The notes beneath the pieces are model-generated. The model ran no database searches. It had not been told where the DNA came from and worked only from the letters and a program-made list of their open reading frames with translations. From Octopus bimaculoides (lineage: Eukaryota): a stretch of 64,000 nucleotides of DNA. The position numbers and the translations under genes are program-made. The DNA is taken from positions 166,106,780-166,170,779 of the forward strand of contig NC_068981.1 of NCBI RefSeq assembly GCF_001194135.2, in the 5' to 3' direction. Position 1 is the stretch's first letter. Each line of letters starts with the position of its first letter. Shown here piece by piece: positions 49,087 through 63,025 of this stretch.

Positions 49087-50959
49087 ATGAGTATCTATGT
49101 GTATATATTTATATATATATTAAGACTAACCATGTTTATCTGCCTTCCTATCTACACAAACACATACACATCATATGTATGTATGTATGTATGTTTCATG
49201 ATTATATTTTTCCAAATTGTAGACTACTTTGATCCTAACTGAAACACTGACAAGAGGCCTTTTGGCTAAGGAGAACGTGTAGTTTTTAAATGTTTACAAT
49301 TTATCTAAGTTTGTGTTAGAGCAAAATTATCGACCATGTCCCAAAATTTATGGTCTTACTTTACAATTTCTGTAAGCGCAAAGTCCCATAACCTGAGGTA
49401 GGTGAGTTTTTTAATTTATCTCATCAGTGCTGGCACCAGCACCCAATACACTTTGTTAGGTGGTCAGCATTAGGAAGGGCTTCCAGCCATAAAAGGCCAT
49501 GCCAAAGCAAACAAAAGTTCTCTGGTTAGTGTGCTCCTGTCACACTGTCCAACCTATCCCAGCATAGAAAACAGAAATTAAACATCATGATGATGATGGT
49601 GATATATTCCAGGGGTGACAAATTTGTTGAAACAAAATGTATTTTGTTGGACTAACAATTATGGATTAAATAATGTGTGTGTGTGTGTGTGTGCGTGTGT
49701 GCGTGCGTGCGTGTGTGCGCGCGTGCGCGTATATGCTCTCATTTTGCCATGACATGCTCTCATTTTGCCATGACTTACAACAAGTAGAATTGTGCTGCTG
49801 TGGCTGTATGTACAAAAGTCAAACATAGTAAATTTGTATATGAATGCTACAAAAATTAGCGTGAAAAGGGGAAAAATAAATAAAAACAGGGGAAAACCCG
49901 TTTTCCATTTGTGTTTTATGGAAAACCCGTTTTCCATTTGTGTTTTATGGAAAACATTATTTCTATAATTGACAGAATTTCTGGTCAAGGGGGGTAACTC
50001 TTCAAGTGACAATCGACTTCTTTTTTTTTTTCTTACATTCCCCTTCGTTTGTATATATCTATGTGCGTGCATGTCGTAAGTCTGCTTCCCAGCCACATGG
50101 TTTCTCTTTCACTTCCATTGCGTTGGATCTTGAACAAGTCTCTTCTGTTATAGCCTCGGACCAACCAAAGCTTTGTGAGTGAAATTGGTAAATGAAAAAT
50201 GAAACAAGCCAATTGCATGTGTGTGTGTGTATGTGTGTGAGGGAAGGATTTTGGGATTTTGTTAGTTTGTTAGTGTAACAAAAAATCATGATGACATAGA
50301 TATATGCTCATCAAACAGTGTGCCACTCCTCTCACAAAACCCCATTGCGCATATTCCATGCTCTTTAAACAATTGTATCAATGAAGTTGTAACTTGTTAA
50401 GGAGAAGGCTTGTTTTATGTATATGAACATAATTTATTGCTACAACCCATACCAGTATGGAAAGCGGACATTAAATGATGATGATGATTAATACAGAAAA
50501 TGTTAATGCAATACAAGAGTAAAGAATATTCAGATGAAACAACATATAGGACAAAAGCAGAAAGTCTTTGTTTGAAATTCAACATTCAGGCTAATTTTTA
50601 CTCATCAATATATAGTCTTGTGGCCATGGCATGTTTTTTTTCTTCTGTTGTGCCAGGTTGAATATTTAGCTGTGCAAACAGCGATATGTTGAGAGTAAAT
50701 GCCACCAAAGACCAGAATCACTGTGAGGTTTCCATGCTCAAATGAGCTGTATTTGTAGGTTCTCTTCACAGAAGATTCTAGTGATGCCACCAGGCTATCA
50801 CATGAACAACAACCATTAACTGGGTCAAAATTAAGTTTGTGCACATGATCAACTTGTAGATTCTATATGGGATTGAACCCAACTGCTGTAAACACTAAAA
50901 GCTATGCTACCATATTTACTAAACCTCAAGTAAAAGAAAAGAAACAAAAACCTGTAGGC

Positions 50960-51775
50960 AATTACATAGTAATTGATTGATATTTTATTTTATTGATCTC
51001 AGTAGGATGAAAGGCAAAGTTTACTTTGGCAATAATTGAGTTTGGAGCATAAAGGGTGGGAACAAACACCACAATGCATTTTTCCAACCCTCTAATGATT
51101 CTGCTAATCCACATCATCATCATCAACACCATGAGGAGAAGAAGAAGAAGAAGAAGAAGAAGAAGAAGAAGAAGAAGAATCTTGTCTACAATAAGCACAA
51201 GGCCTGAAATTGGTTGGGGGAGCCCCCAGTACTCAATAGGTGCTTGTTTTATTGACCCTTGAAAGATGAAAAGTAAAGTTGGCAAAATTTGAACACAGTG
51301 CATCAGAAAAAAAAATATGAGTGGTATCTGTAATTTTAGCATGAGGCCAAGAATTTTGAGGGAGGAGGAAGTTGATAGCATCGACTCCAGTGCTCAGCTG
51401 GTACTTATTTTATCAGCCCCAAAAGGATGAAAGGCAAGGTTGACCTTGGCAGAATTTGAACTCAGAATATAAAGCCAGAAATGCTGCTAAGTAATTTGTC
51501 TGGCATGCTAACAACTCTGCTACCTTGCTGCCTTAATGGTAATAATAATAATAATCCTTTCTGCTATAAATACAGAGTCTGAAGTTTTGGAAGAAGAGGG
51601 TAGTCGATTACATCAACCCAGTACTCAACTGGTACTCATTTTATCAACCCTTGAGCAAAAGAAAGGTAAAGTGGACCTTGATGGAATTTCAACTCAGAAC
51701 GTAAAGCTGGAAGAAATACTGCCAAACATTTTGTCCAGTGTGCTAATGATTGTGCCAGCTCACCATCTTAATGAT
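50960..51775 (-). mobile_element. Cluster of 3-4 head-to-tail SINE family C copies separated by trinucleotide tracts
   Basis: Repeated GATGAAAGGCAAAGT/GGT cores at ~51005, 51265, 51425 and 51660, with (AGA)n, (AAT)n and (GAT/AAC)n between them. Confidence 0.8.
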
Positions 51776-52769
51776 GCTGAAGATGATGACAATGACGATG
51801 ACGACAATGATAACAACAACAATGACGATGGCATTATATATTATAAGGCAAAAAAAAAAATGTAATTGAAAACCAAGGAGATTTAATTTGTGAAAGGTGT
51901 CCAGTTAAACATAAAAATGCTGGAAGACATGTCAAATAGAGAGGTAAAAGAAGGAAAGAGTGTACATAATACACACACACACACACACATACATGTAAAC
52001 CATGTGTTTGTAAGAGTGCATATATGTATGTAGAGTTTGTTTGTGTGTGTATATACAAATGCATGCACACACACACACACACGTATATGCATATACATAC
52101 ACACATACATGTTTGAAGCTAACTAGTAAAGTGGCTGATATGAGAATATGATATTCTATTTTATTTGTATCAATAAGATATATAAAACACATGCACATCT
52201 GCATGCAAACACATGCATACAAACATGTGCGGGAGGTGTATTTATGCATGTGTGTGTGTGCATGTATGTACACCTATGTATTTATGGATGGATACATGAA
52301 TGAATGGACAAATGGATTGTTGTATATGTTTGCGTTTATAATCAGATTAAGATTTCATATACAAAACATCAGATGGCCCAAACAACACATGAGAGACAGT
52401 TCTGTAAATAATAAGCATCTGCCACAATATAGCATCATTATCTTTAGGGCTCGTGGCATAGTTTTTGTATCAAACTAAAGCTCAGGTATGAAGGAATTGT
52501 GACATAAATGAATTAATTTTTCCTTGTAAAGACTCATTCACCAACACACTGTAACCCTTGACCCATAAGCAATGTCAAAGCATCTACATGGTTATTTAAC
52601 CTGGTAGAAATATTAGCCAAGTACCCTTCAGACTATTCCTTGTGCATTAAATAATTTAGTTTGGGGTATACAATGTTTAAGAAAAGGTAGGATGGTGATG
52701 GTATGAACAGCATTGATTATAGTTCTCCTTTGTCGAGGCTGTCCTGGGGTTAGATAATCACAACAGTCT

Positions 52770-53095
52770 CTGGCCTGCAGATGCACTATCTCCTCTCTGT
52801 GTCTATATTGCCACTGCTATAACAGCCTCTGCTACTCTTAATTAGCAAGCTGTATACCACTTCAACATAGATAACCACCCCATTTATCTTCCTCATATTA
52901 CCAATACTGTTTCAACCTCTGCTTTCTCTCACCTTCCATATTGTATTGCATGCCCTCTCTTCCCAGATCTTGCACTAACTGCCATTCCCTAATTTTTCAT
53001 TTTATCCCCTAGGGCATCAACCCTTTGGTATTCTCTCCCTCACCCATCTTTCCTGTGGACGTCAGTTTTGAGATATTTAAATAATATCAATGTTA
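52770..53095 (+). mobile_element. CR1/Jockey-group LINE 3' end, decayed (same family as 58090-58430)
   Basis: Remnant SSLC..YC.CYN.LC...LAS and STLWYSLP..FPVDV motifs. Confidence 0.5.
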
Positions 53096-54394
53096 CTATT
53101 CTCAGAGGGCATGAAAATGTCATGAGAACTGCCCACTTCTTTATGTTAGTAATTTTTTAGAAAAATGAACATTCTGAATTTAAGTCATGCTGGACTAGCT
53201 TGACTTTTCGTTCCACCCAGATCAATAAAATAAAAAGCACTCTAGACTCATGAAGTTAAGGTACTGGACTATGAATTTATCATGACTGTATTGTTAGCAG
53301 TACTTTAAACTTCACTACACCAGAATGCCTCAAACTACTGATTTCAAATTTTAGAACAAAGCCAGCAATTTGGTGGGAGGTGGGTATGTTGATTACATCC
53401 ACCCCAGTGCTCAACTGATACTTATTTTATCTACCCTGAAAAGATGAAAGGCAAAATGAACCTCAACAGAATTTGAACTCAGAGCATGACAGACGAAATG
53501 CTGCTATACAATTTCCTATTTGCTTCTATCTAGAAATCAAAGGAAATGACTACTATTCTCTTCAAACTTTGCTTTTGTAACCTGGGCATCAATATTTTGA
53601 GACTGACCTCTTTTCCATTACATTTCAGACAAATTTAGTGCTGAGCTGCTGCAGCAGAAATATCGTTATAGCAAATATTCTGCTCAATACCACAGATTTG
53701 CTTGTCGGTTGCTTAACCTTAACTATTTGAGTAGTGGGGGAGCATCATAGCTATATGTTGAGAGGGATTCTTTGGGATTTAAATGTAACAAAAGTAGTTT
53801 GAATGAAATATAAGCCATTTTTCATATTTTCTAGGGGTAAACAAATAAGAAATAACAGTTGCTACCCGAGAACAAAAATCATGTTACACAGTGTTATAAA
53901 TTGGGCCGTGTTGGTGGTGTTGTTAGCGCTGCTGCTGCTGCTGTTGTTGTGGGTGGTGGTGGTGGTGGTGGTGCTGCTGCTGGTGGTATTAGCATCATCA
54001 GTTGTGACAGGTGTGGATGTAGTGAAGGTGGTAACTATGATTATAATGATCATGATGAATATTGTAATATGTCTTAACTCATTATCTTATCAAATACACT
54101 TTCATAAATGAAAATTCCAAAAAAATCAAAATCAAAACAAAAAAACATTAGTGTCAAAAACAACAATAGCAAAAATAATGACAGGATTGAGCAAACTATA
54201 AACTGTTGCTCTGGGGGCTAACTATCTAATCCCTAGGTTGAAAGATTAGAAGCAACAAAGATTAACATACAAGAGATAGAAATTATAAGTACAAAATACA
54301 ACACGCATCTACACACATAAGCTTCAGAGGGCAATACAATAGTATGTACCTGCTATTAAATGCAACTACCTATTTGTAAACAAGAAAACAGAAT

Positions 54395-54417
54395 CTCTCT
54401 CTCTCTGTCTCTCTCTG

Positions 54418-54456
<39 letters not shown>

Positions 54457-54467
54457 CTCTCTCTCTG

Positions 54468-54498
<31 letters not shown>

Positions 54499-54520
54499 TG
54501 CATGCACGCACACACACATA
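54395..54520. repeat. Compound (CT)/(ATCT)/(CA) microsatellite
   Basis: Directly visible. Confidence 0.9.
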
Positions 54521-55449
54521 CGCCATTCATTTGAAAATACTAGGCTAGTGATGTTAGTGAAAATAATGGTAAGTTGTTACAGCATTCCATACATCCCACT
54601 TTATATAAGTGCTAGATTAAACAGTCTCTAAATCCCTCTATAGAGACCCCCAATGCTCTTTATATAGCATTTTTAGATACAGAATGTATACTTTAGCTTG
54701 AAAAAAAAAACTGCCTGCTCGTCTTTCAAAAAAGGACACACATACTATAAACAAGGCTATATGATTATTTGATCTGCTATAAATTGTAGCTAAATTTCCT
54801 TCAAATAAAATACCACCATTTCAAAAAAAAAACACCATTGCGTAATAGACTTATATCCCCTTTTACCGTACTAGCATGGATTACATGAGATATCTTAATG
54901 CAATATTCTCTAGATTATGTTCTTTAAAAAATGTTTGGTTTGCTTGATCAAGGCTAATTTGTGGCTAAACAATTAAAAATAAATGAAGCCAGTAACGTAT
55001 CGCTGTCATATTTGCAACTGATTTTGTATCCACTTTTCACGGACATATCTTTTGTCATTGCTGTGGAATACCACATAGATTCAATAATAGAATTAATCAT
55101 GAAGCTTGGAAAACTGGGAACTAGTCAACAACTGAGAAATGGTGTAACAGCCTCTTTACCTTCTCTATTTCCATATGAAGACTTGCCTACAGTGCTGCAA
55201 AATATTCATTAAACATACAGTTATTGCAACACACACTTGCAACCTTTATCTAACCATGATGCAATTTTACAGCTGGGAAGACTTACTTTGCAAAATTTAA
55301 GTAATTGGGACATTGATTCATACATAAAAAAGGATTTCAAATATAAATATTTACTTACAAATATCAATGTGGTTATAGTAAATACAGAGTCTATGCAAAA
55401 GAAATCAAACATTTTAGAAAGCCAATTTATTACATTATTTACAATTTAA

Positions 55450-56760
55450 TTAGACTTGTTTTGATGAAAACAATTTCCTCTGCTGCTAGTTCAGTGCTTT
55501 CCAATGATTTTTCTAGTTTAGGAATGTGACTTGGAATGGATTTTCAAAAGTAGTTTGCAAATTTTTCTCAGTCTCTTCTGTTGTCTGAAATTGGTGACCT
55601 TTCAGGGTAGATTTTCAACTTTGGGAGAAAGAGCAGGGTAACTAGGGTGGGTGGGGTGGGGAGGAGGAATGAGTTGTTTGTGTCTTACCAAGATGTCTCA
55701 GAGAAGAAGTGACACATGAGAAGGTGCATTGTGTTAGTATTGCATCCAAGTTTTGTTTGTCCTACCACAGGCCTCTTCCTTAGCACAACCTCTCTACAAT
55801 GATTCAGGACACTCAACTAAAACTCTTTATTTATAATTTGAATGCCCGGATCAAACTTATGGTGAACAACACCCTTCCCGTCGAAAAAAGGGAGTAACAT
55901 TACCTTCACATTTGAGCAACTCTGCAATGCTATTCTGGTTGCAGTAGTTATGATTCAACCCACCATCTCAACAACCATTTTGTTTTGACATAGTAACCAT
56001 GCACCCAGGTTTTGTCCACCTGTTTCAACACCTTTTAGAATGATTTCATCAAACTGGTTTCATTAATTTCCGTCAAATTGAAGAATCAAACAGCACCTGA
56101 CTGACTGTCACTTGGCTCTCATTTAATTCATCTGTCAACAGACATAACAAAAACTTTTGTGACAGTGTAATGCATCTTCAATTTTTCTTTTAAAATTGTG
56201 TGGCACAAACTTTTACAAAGGCTTGCTTCTTCAGAAACCTCATGGACAAACAGGTGGCAATTTTCAAAGATCACTACATGCACTTTCACATAATCATCAT
56301 CTATTGTCATGGAAGACTGACCTGATTTGAAAGCATCATTGGCAGATGTTCTATCCAATTTGAAATACTGGTACTTCTTGTGACATTGCATATCACTCAA
56401 GCAATCCCTCCCACAGAAAATCTCCATAATAGTTGTTTACCAATTTGAGACAAAATTTTACACAAAAATGTTGTTCTTCCAAATCCTTCAATGTTCAACT
56501 TGCAAAAAATCACAAAGTGGACAAAACACATGTTCACTTTACTATGCATTAATTGGTGACCAGCTGACATGGTTTAATGTAGCTGTTATTAATTGTAATG
56601 AGAGTCAAGATCACTCATTCACTCATACAAAGCACTGCACTCAGGAGGAATCTGCACTAGCTAGTTGGTGCATTGTTTTAAAGCTTCAGTTTCCTTTTGG
56701 AGAAACCTTGTACATGCACAAACAATAAACTTTTATTTCATTACTTCTATCCATAAACAA
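55450..56760 (-). mobile_element. Near full-length but pseudogenised mariner transposon
   Basis: ORF 56128-56427 (DCLS..QC...Y..FK..RTS.......V.EV.EE...CHTILKEKLKMH) matches the mariner HTH region. Downstream remnants resemble H.NAP.H and FL.PKLK..LKG..F...EE. Many stops and frameshifts. Confidence 0.85.
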
Positions 56761-57125
56761 TTAAAGTTACCATCTATGATGGTGTCTCATGTTGACCCTA
56801 CACATAAAGACCCCCTTCAGTCATGAATGACCATAGGATTGCACCAAGGAAGTCTCCCTCCGAGGCACAAGTCTGGGCAAGATTGTTTGTGGAAGATCAG
56901 CAATCGCCCATGAATACCAGCCTTTCCTCTCCATGCTGCCGATGTTATTGTCCAAGGTAAACATAGAGGCCAATATAGACTGGCACCAGTGACGTCACAA
57001 CTCATTTCTACAGTTGAGTGACCTGGAGCAATGTGAAATAAAGTGTCTTACTCAAGAACACAACACACGGCTCAGTCCAGGAATTGAACTCACAACCTCA
57101 CAATTGTAAGCCCAATGTTCTAACC

Positions 57126-57475
57126 CAGTGATTCTCAACTGGGGTCCATATGGCCCCTGAGGATCCATATGGCCCCTGAGGGTCCATATAAGATTTTTGG
57201 GGGTCCACACAACAAAATAGTAAATTGGAGAGCCACAATAGTATTTTAAGGGCTCCTGAAAAAATTCTACCTTAGATTTATATATTGTTATGTATTGCAA
57301 GAAACAGCTAAGCTTCTTTCTATAATATTTCACATAGTTCAACCCACACAAGTTAATGTGTGAAAAGCAAAATAGGAATTTTGAGAGAAGTTTCTATAAA
57401 ATTAGATTTTAAACATCAAATGGCTATGGAGGTCCACCAGAATAAGGTAGTAATTAGATGGGTTCATAGATGCTC
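57126..57475. mobile_element. Decayed hAT-like MITE
   Basis: Left TIR CAGTGATTCTCAAC and an internal ~19-bp tandem duplication (ggtccatatggcccctgag). The right end is not clearly recognisable. Confidence 0.5.
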
Positions 57476-57857
57476 TCACATACAACAATGTTAAAACTGC
57501 ATCACAAAAACTAGGTTTCTTCTTTAGGGGAAAAAAATACTTCAACCTGGATTGGTTTTACTCTTTACAAATTTGAATTGTATACCACATTGTAATCATC
57601 TTAAATTTCTTCATCTTCCCAATCATTGGGTTTCCACTTCAGATGCTCTGATTGCCATAAATTGCCACTGATCCTAATTCTTCATCATATACAAAAGGGT
57701 CTGCAGTGTTAAGGTCATTCCACTACCTTGGTGTTGTCTCAAAAAACTTTTCTTTGTCTATGCCTTTTCTTCATTCTCTTTCATCTGTATCCGAGAGAAT
57801 GGTTATGGGCAGAAAGTTATGTCAAGATAGTCTATAAGACATTGTCACTGCTATTAA

Positions 57858-58074
57858 TCCTTTTGATACCAACCCGCCTGAAACCGCCTATGGCACTGTA
57901 GTACAAATGTCTTGTTTTCATAAGTTCTGAATCTTCCACCAAACCTTAATCACAATTTATGTTCCTAACACTAGCTTAATGATAACTGAGTTATTTTACA
58001 AAATTCTTTGTTATATTTAAAATTTATTGAAAAAAAACACAGAGCATCTCAACAGAAATATGGTGACAAAAGGG
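57858..58074. mobile_element. piggyBac-like MITE, family 2
   Basis: TTAA|TCCTTTTGATACC ... GGTGACAAAAGGG|TTAA; related decayed copies at ~36215-36378 and ~36830-37045. Confidence 0.7.
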
Positions 58075-58089
58075 TTAAATACACAAATA

Positions 58090-58430
58090 TCTTAGGCTGC
58101 ACCCAAATGAAATCCATTCAGTTGATTGGTAGACATTCACTAACTGACAAGCTACAAATAGTGGCTAATAAATGTTGTTTTTTTCCCTACTACTACAATG
58201 GCTTCTCTTTCTCTCAACTGAAAAACTACATATCACCTTCACTCAGGTACCTGGCACATCTGTCTCTACACTGTGTTTCCCTACTCCGGTCCTGCACTAA
58301 GTACAACTCCCAATCCTTCTATCTCAAAGTTATCCCTTTGGAATTCCCTTCCTGCCCATATTTTCCCTGTAGGTGTCAACTTCTTTATGCTCAAGTGAAC
58401 AATTAACTGTATTAATCTCGCCAGTGTGTG
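58090..58430 (+). mobile_element. CR1/Jockey-group LINE 3' end, decayed
   Basis: Translates to TQMKSIQLIG..LTDKLQ.VA...FFPYYYNG... followed by LWNSLP.HIFP-like sequence. Confidence 0.55.
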
Positions 58431-58629
58431 ATGAGTTATGGGCACTGCACCTTCCATGTGACTAAACCAGAAAACATAATGTTTTTGATGCTTGTCATAA
58501 GGAAAGGAAACAGAAAATTAAATGAAATACTTCATTTCTGTTTGCAATAGCACTGAAACATGGAGCCGTGACATTGCTTCCAGAATGAGACAAGTCAAGA
58601 ACATGTCAGTGTGTGTGGTACAGACAGTG

Positions 58630-58950
58630 GTAATGGTAGTGATGGTGGTGGTGGCGGCGGCGGCGTGGTGGTGGTGGTGGTGGTGGTGGTGGTGATGGTG
58701 GTGTGTTTAGAAACCATGCTGATAGAAGTTGATATTGGATACATTAATGGTGGTAGTAAGGAGCAATGACAGTAGTGATGATTGTGGTCATGGTGGTGAG
58801 GTCGGTTGTGGTGTTAATGGCTTGTTGTAGTCATAATGATAGCCTGAAGGGTTATGATGGTAATGGTAATGTGCGGTTATGATGGCAGAAGCAGTAGTGG
58901 TGGCAGTGAGAGATCATAGTTATTGGAATGATGATGATGGTAGTGGTTAC
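58630..58950. repeat. Decayed (GTG)/(GAT) trinucleotide repeat region
   Basis: Directly visible. A similar (GCT/GGT) tract lies at 53905-54060. Confidence 0.85.
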
Positions 58951-59709
58951 AATGGCAATATTTCTTTTTGAAAATTTTCTTCCTGTGACACTTAAAGCAA
59001 TTACAAACATTTTATTTTGATAAGGTGGATGATTAATTAACTCAATGTCATTTTTTCAGTGATTCATAATTTGTTGATGAATTTAATGATGAATGCCATA
59101 GTCACTACATTAAAGTGTGTATAATAGTACTTTAATATTAATATATACAGTGGAACTTTGGTTTATGAAAATCTCTCATCATGAATAACTCTGTTTACAA
59201 ATAAGCTTTTGAACATAAGACATCTTGGTTGACAAACAGTGTCTCAAGTAACAAACATGCAAACTGGCAATGACACTTGATGACAAGCTGAGAGAATCAG
59301 TTGGAGAGAGTCCGTTGTTGTCTAGTTTTTGCTCAGTGCACATCCTTGCTTGAATTCACAGTACCTTCTCTTGAATTTCATATGGGAGAAATAGTTTTGG
59401 TTTACGAACATTTCAGATGATGAACAACCTTCAGGAATGAATTAAATTCACAAATTGAAGTTCCACTGTAAATATACATATTCATCATCGTCGTCGTTAT
59501 TATCATCATCATCATCATCCCACCATTTCATGTCTATCTTGTATGCTGGCATGGGTTGGATGGTTTGGCAGAATTTAATGAAATGGAGAGTCATATCATT
59601 CTCCAATGTCTACTTTGGCATGCTTTCTATGGCTGGATTCCCCTTTTTGATGTCAACCCCTTTACAAAGCATACAGGGCACTCTTTTTGTGGCACCAATG
59701 CTAGTGAGG

Positions 59710-61840
59710 TTGCCGTGTGACTCACAAGAATAAAAGGCTCCCTTGGTCACCTAGGTAACAGAAGCTATCAACTACTTGTAGTTTTTACCCTTGGAATGTG
59801 ACAGAAGTTTTTCTCTGCACATTTTCAGTGTTTATTACTCCTGAGCATTTGCCACATACTAAAACTATCTTCACAGTTAGCCTTCCTTTCATATTGCTGC
59901 AACCTCTTATGTGTCCATAGCTTACACTGGGTACATCATATGGAGTTTCTACATACGCGTTTTCTACAGATTGAGCAGGGCCATCTACCTGAAGGGATCT
60001 GTCGTTTGCCTGCCTTCCTACTTATTAAGACTTTGGTTTTTGCTAGGTTGACTCTAAGGCCTTCCGATTCTAATCCTTGCTTCCACACATGAAACTTCTC
60101 TAGTCCTGATAGTGAGTCAGCAATTAGAGCAAGGTCATTAGCATAGAGGAGCTCCCAGGGGCATCCTGTCTTGAATTCCTCTGTTATTGCCTGGAGGACT
60201 ATGATGAATAAGAGGGGGGCTGAGGATTGATCCATGGTGGACCCCTACCCGGAACTCTTCACTGTACTCATTGCCTCACCTTACTGACAGCATCACTGTA
60301 TATGGCTTGCACAGCTCTAACTAACCATTCATCTATCCCTAGTTTCCTCATTGACACCAGATAAGGGGGACCCTGTCAAAGGCTTTCTCCATGTCAATGA
60401 AAGCCAGGTACAGAGGTTTATCTTTGGCTAGGTATTTCTCCTGCAGCTGTCTTACTAGAAATATAGCATCAATGGTGTCTTTCCCAGGCACAAACCCAAA
60501 CTGCATCTCATCTAGACTGACTCTCTCCCTAATTAGTTGGGCTATGACTCTCCATTTCTTTCATTCCCTGATCCAACAACTTGATACCGCTGTAATTGTT
60601 TGTATCTAACATGTCACCTTTACTTTGTAGCAGTTGATTATGGTGCTGCTACACCAGTCATTGTATATGACTCCTTCATGTATTACCTGGTTGATTATAT
60701 GGGTGACTAGACTATAGCCAACACCGCCAGATATTTTAAGCAACTCTGTGGTGATTGCTGATGGGCCAGGGGCTTTCCCTGTCATCATACCCTTTATTGC
60801 TTTATCTACTTAGGTACTGTCAATTCGGATAGCTGGTCCGTCTGTTGGCTTGACATTCAGCCAACTCTCTTTCTCCCATTCATTCTCTTCATTTAGCAAA
60901 CTTTCATAGTGGCGTCTCAAAGTCTCTCTCCTTGTGGCCTCGTTAAATACAAGTGAGCTGTCATCTATGCAGACACATTTCTCTCCTATGACATCACGCT
61001 TCTCTCTCATGCACTGTCTTGCAACACGAAACACCTCAAGTCTTCGATCCTCCCGACACAGAACATTGGCAAATTTTTTCTTATCTGCTTCCCCTCTGGC
61101 TAAGTTAACCTGTCTCCTAGCTTACCTTCTGGCAGTGTGATACAATTCCCTGCTGCCACCCTTCTTCCAGTCCTTCCATGCCTGTTTCCCTAATGGCTCT
61201 GTCAACTACATTGTTCTACCACCATGTTATCTTGGGTTGGTCGTCTTCTGGGCATCCATTTAGCCTTGATCCTGAAGTTGCTAACTACTAATCTATGTTG
61301 TGGCGTGCATTCTTCACCAGGGAAGGTTTTGGTATTTATAAGTAGCCATCTTTCCTGTTTCCTGGCAAGGATGTAGTCAATTTGACTAGTGTGTCTACCA
61401 GATTGGTAGGTGACTAGGTGACTGGCAGGTTTTCTGAAATTAGTGTTACAAACCATAAGATCATTTGCATCACAGAACTCCAGCAGCCTGGTTCCCTCCT
61501 CATTGCAGGAACCAAAACCATAGCCTCCATGTATGCCATGGAAGTCCCCTGCATGTTGTCCAACATGCCCATTGAAGTCACCAGCCACAAAAAGAAGGTC
61601 CCTGACATTTGTCGATGAGGTAGTCTGCAAGAGGGTGTCATAAAATCAGTCTTTCTGTCCATCAGGTAGCCCCGGCTGAGGTGCATAGGCCAAGATAATG
61701 GTTGCTGACCCATGATGCAGCACTAATCTAATCTTAAGTATTCTATCGCAGACTCTGACTACCTCGATTACCTTATCAACCCATTTCTCCGCAAGAAGTA
61801 TACCCACATCCCCGACCCTGTCAGTGTACCCTGCCCAGAA
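59710..61840 (-). mobile_element. RTE-clade LINE remnant (AP endonuclease plus partial reverse transcriptase), fragmented
   Basis: ORF 61202-61630 has the EEP motifs AGDFNGHVG, NEEGTRLLEFC and QIDYIL. ORF 59936-60235 has RT motifs PLLFIIVL and ELLYAND. 60360-60790 contains FIDMEKAFDRV-like and GKAPGPS segments. Confidence 0.92.
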
Positions 61841-62089
61841 AATCTTTAGATCATATTAATGCAATAATGTGAAGAATATATGTAACATTCAGCATTTACC
61901 AGTTGATACTGATGCACTGAAACAATTGTAGTGATTTGTATTAAATTCTGTTCATTTCATTTTGTTGTATTAAAATTCTTTTGTATATACTCTACAGATA
62001 CTTGTGGATTTCCACATGTATATCCAGGAACCAATAGCTGAAGAGGAGCTTTGGAAAGCAAGCTATAAGGTTATTACCCACATATCAAA

Positions 62090-62990
62090 TAATTGTGTGT
62101 GTGTGTGTGTGTGTGTATGTGTGTGTGTGTGTGTGTGAATGTGTGTATACGAATGTGTGTGTGCATGAATGTGTGTGTGTGTGTCAATGTGTGTATATGA
62201 ATGTGTGTGTGTGTGTGTGTATGCATGTGTAGTAGTGTATCATATATCCAAAATAGAAGCACACTCTAAAGCATAGAGCAGTAATGTATTTATATGTAGT
62301 TAAGTCTATGGATGCAAAACCATTGGTCACTCTATGGCTGGACATAAACTTAACTGCATGTACATACAAATATAAATATGTATATGTATATATGCATATA
62401 CAAACACACACACACACACACATATATATTTATATAGACACACACACACACACACACATATATATTTATATAGACACACACACACACATATATACAGACG
62501 TGTGTGTATGTATGTATGTATATTATAAATGACAGCTTGCTGAAAATTGGGAAAAAAATCACAAAACAGTTGACTTGCTTTTGAATATTGGGTCACTTCA
62601 CTTAGTTATACACATTCTTTGCCCTTCCTTCTCATATAGACAGATGTTACTATTGAGCTGACTGCCTACTAGAAGGGGAGGAGGAGGAGGAGGAGGAGGA
62701 GGAGGAGGAGGNNNNNNNNNNGCCTACTAGAAGGGGAGGAGGAGGAGGAGGAGGAGGAGGAGGTGGGGGGGATGTAGAGATGTATGGTTGTGATGGGGCA
62801 GAATTATGAAAGTGTAGGCAAACAAGCTATTTTTTACAGACAAAAATATACTTCCTGAAACACTTAGCTGTAAACCCAACTCACACACTACTGCTTCATT
62901 ACACATGCACGCACACACACACACATAAACACACACACACACATACACACACAGACACACACACACACAAACACACACATTCAGACATCC
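62090..62990. repeat. Microsatellite-rich block of (GT)n, (CA)n/(TA)n and (GGA)n
   Basis: Directly visible; includes a 10-N gap at 62712-62721. Confidence 0.9.
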
Positions 62991-63025
62991 ACAGACACAT
63001 GTATGAATATGTATGTATATATATT

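Noticed and set aside
49891-49955. Palindromic direct repeats superficially like a CRISPR array
   Set aside because: Eukaryotic context, identical units with no variable spacers, and no cas genes.
54961-55449. Two short plus-strand ORFs and scattered splice-like sites as a possible second gene
   Set aside because: No recognisable domain or coherent exon chain, and they are adjacent to a mariner remnant.
62660-62765. Apparent duplication of GCCTACTAGAAGGGG(AGG)n
   Set aside because: The copies flank a 10-N gap, so this is most likely a contig-overlap assembly artefact.
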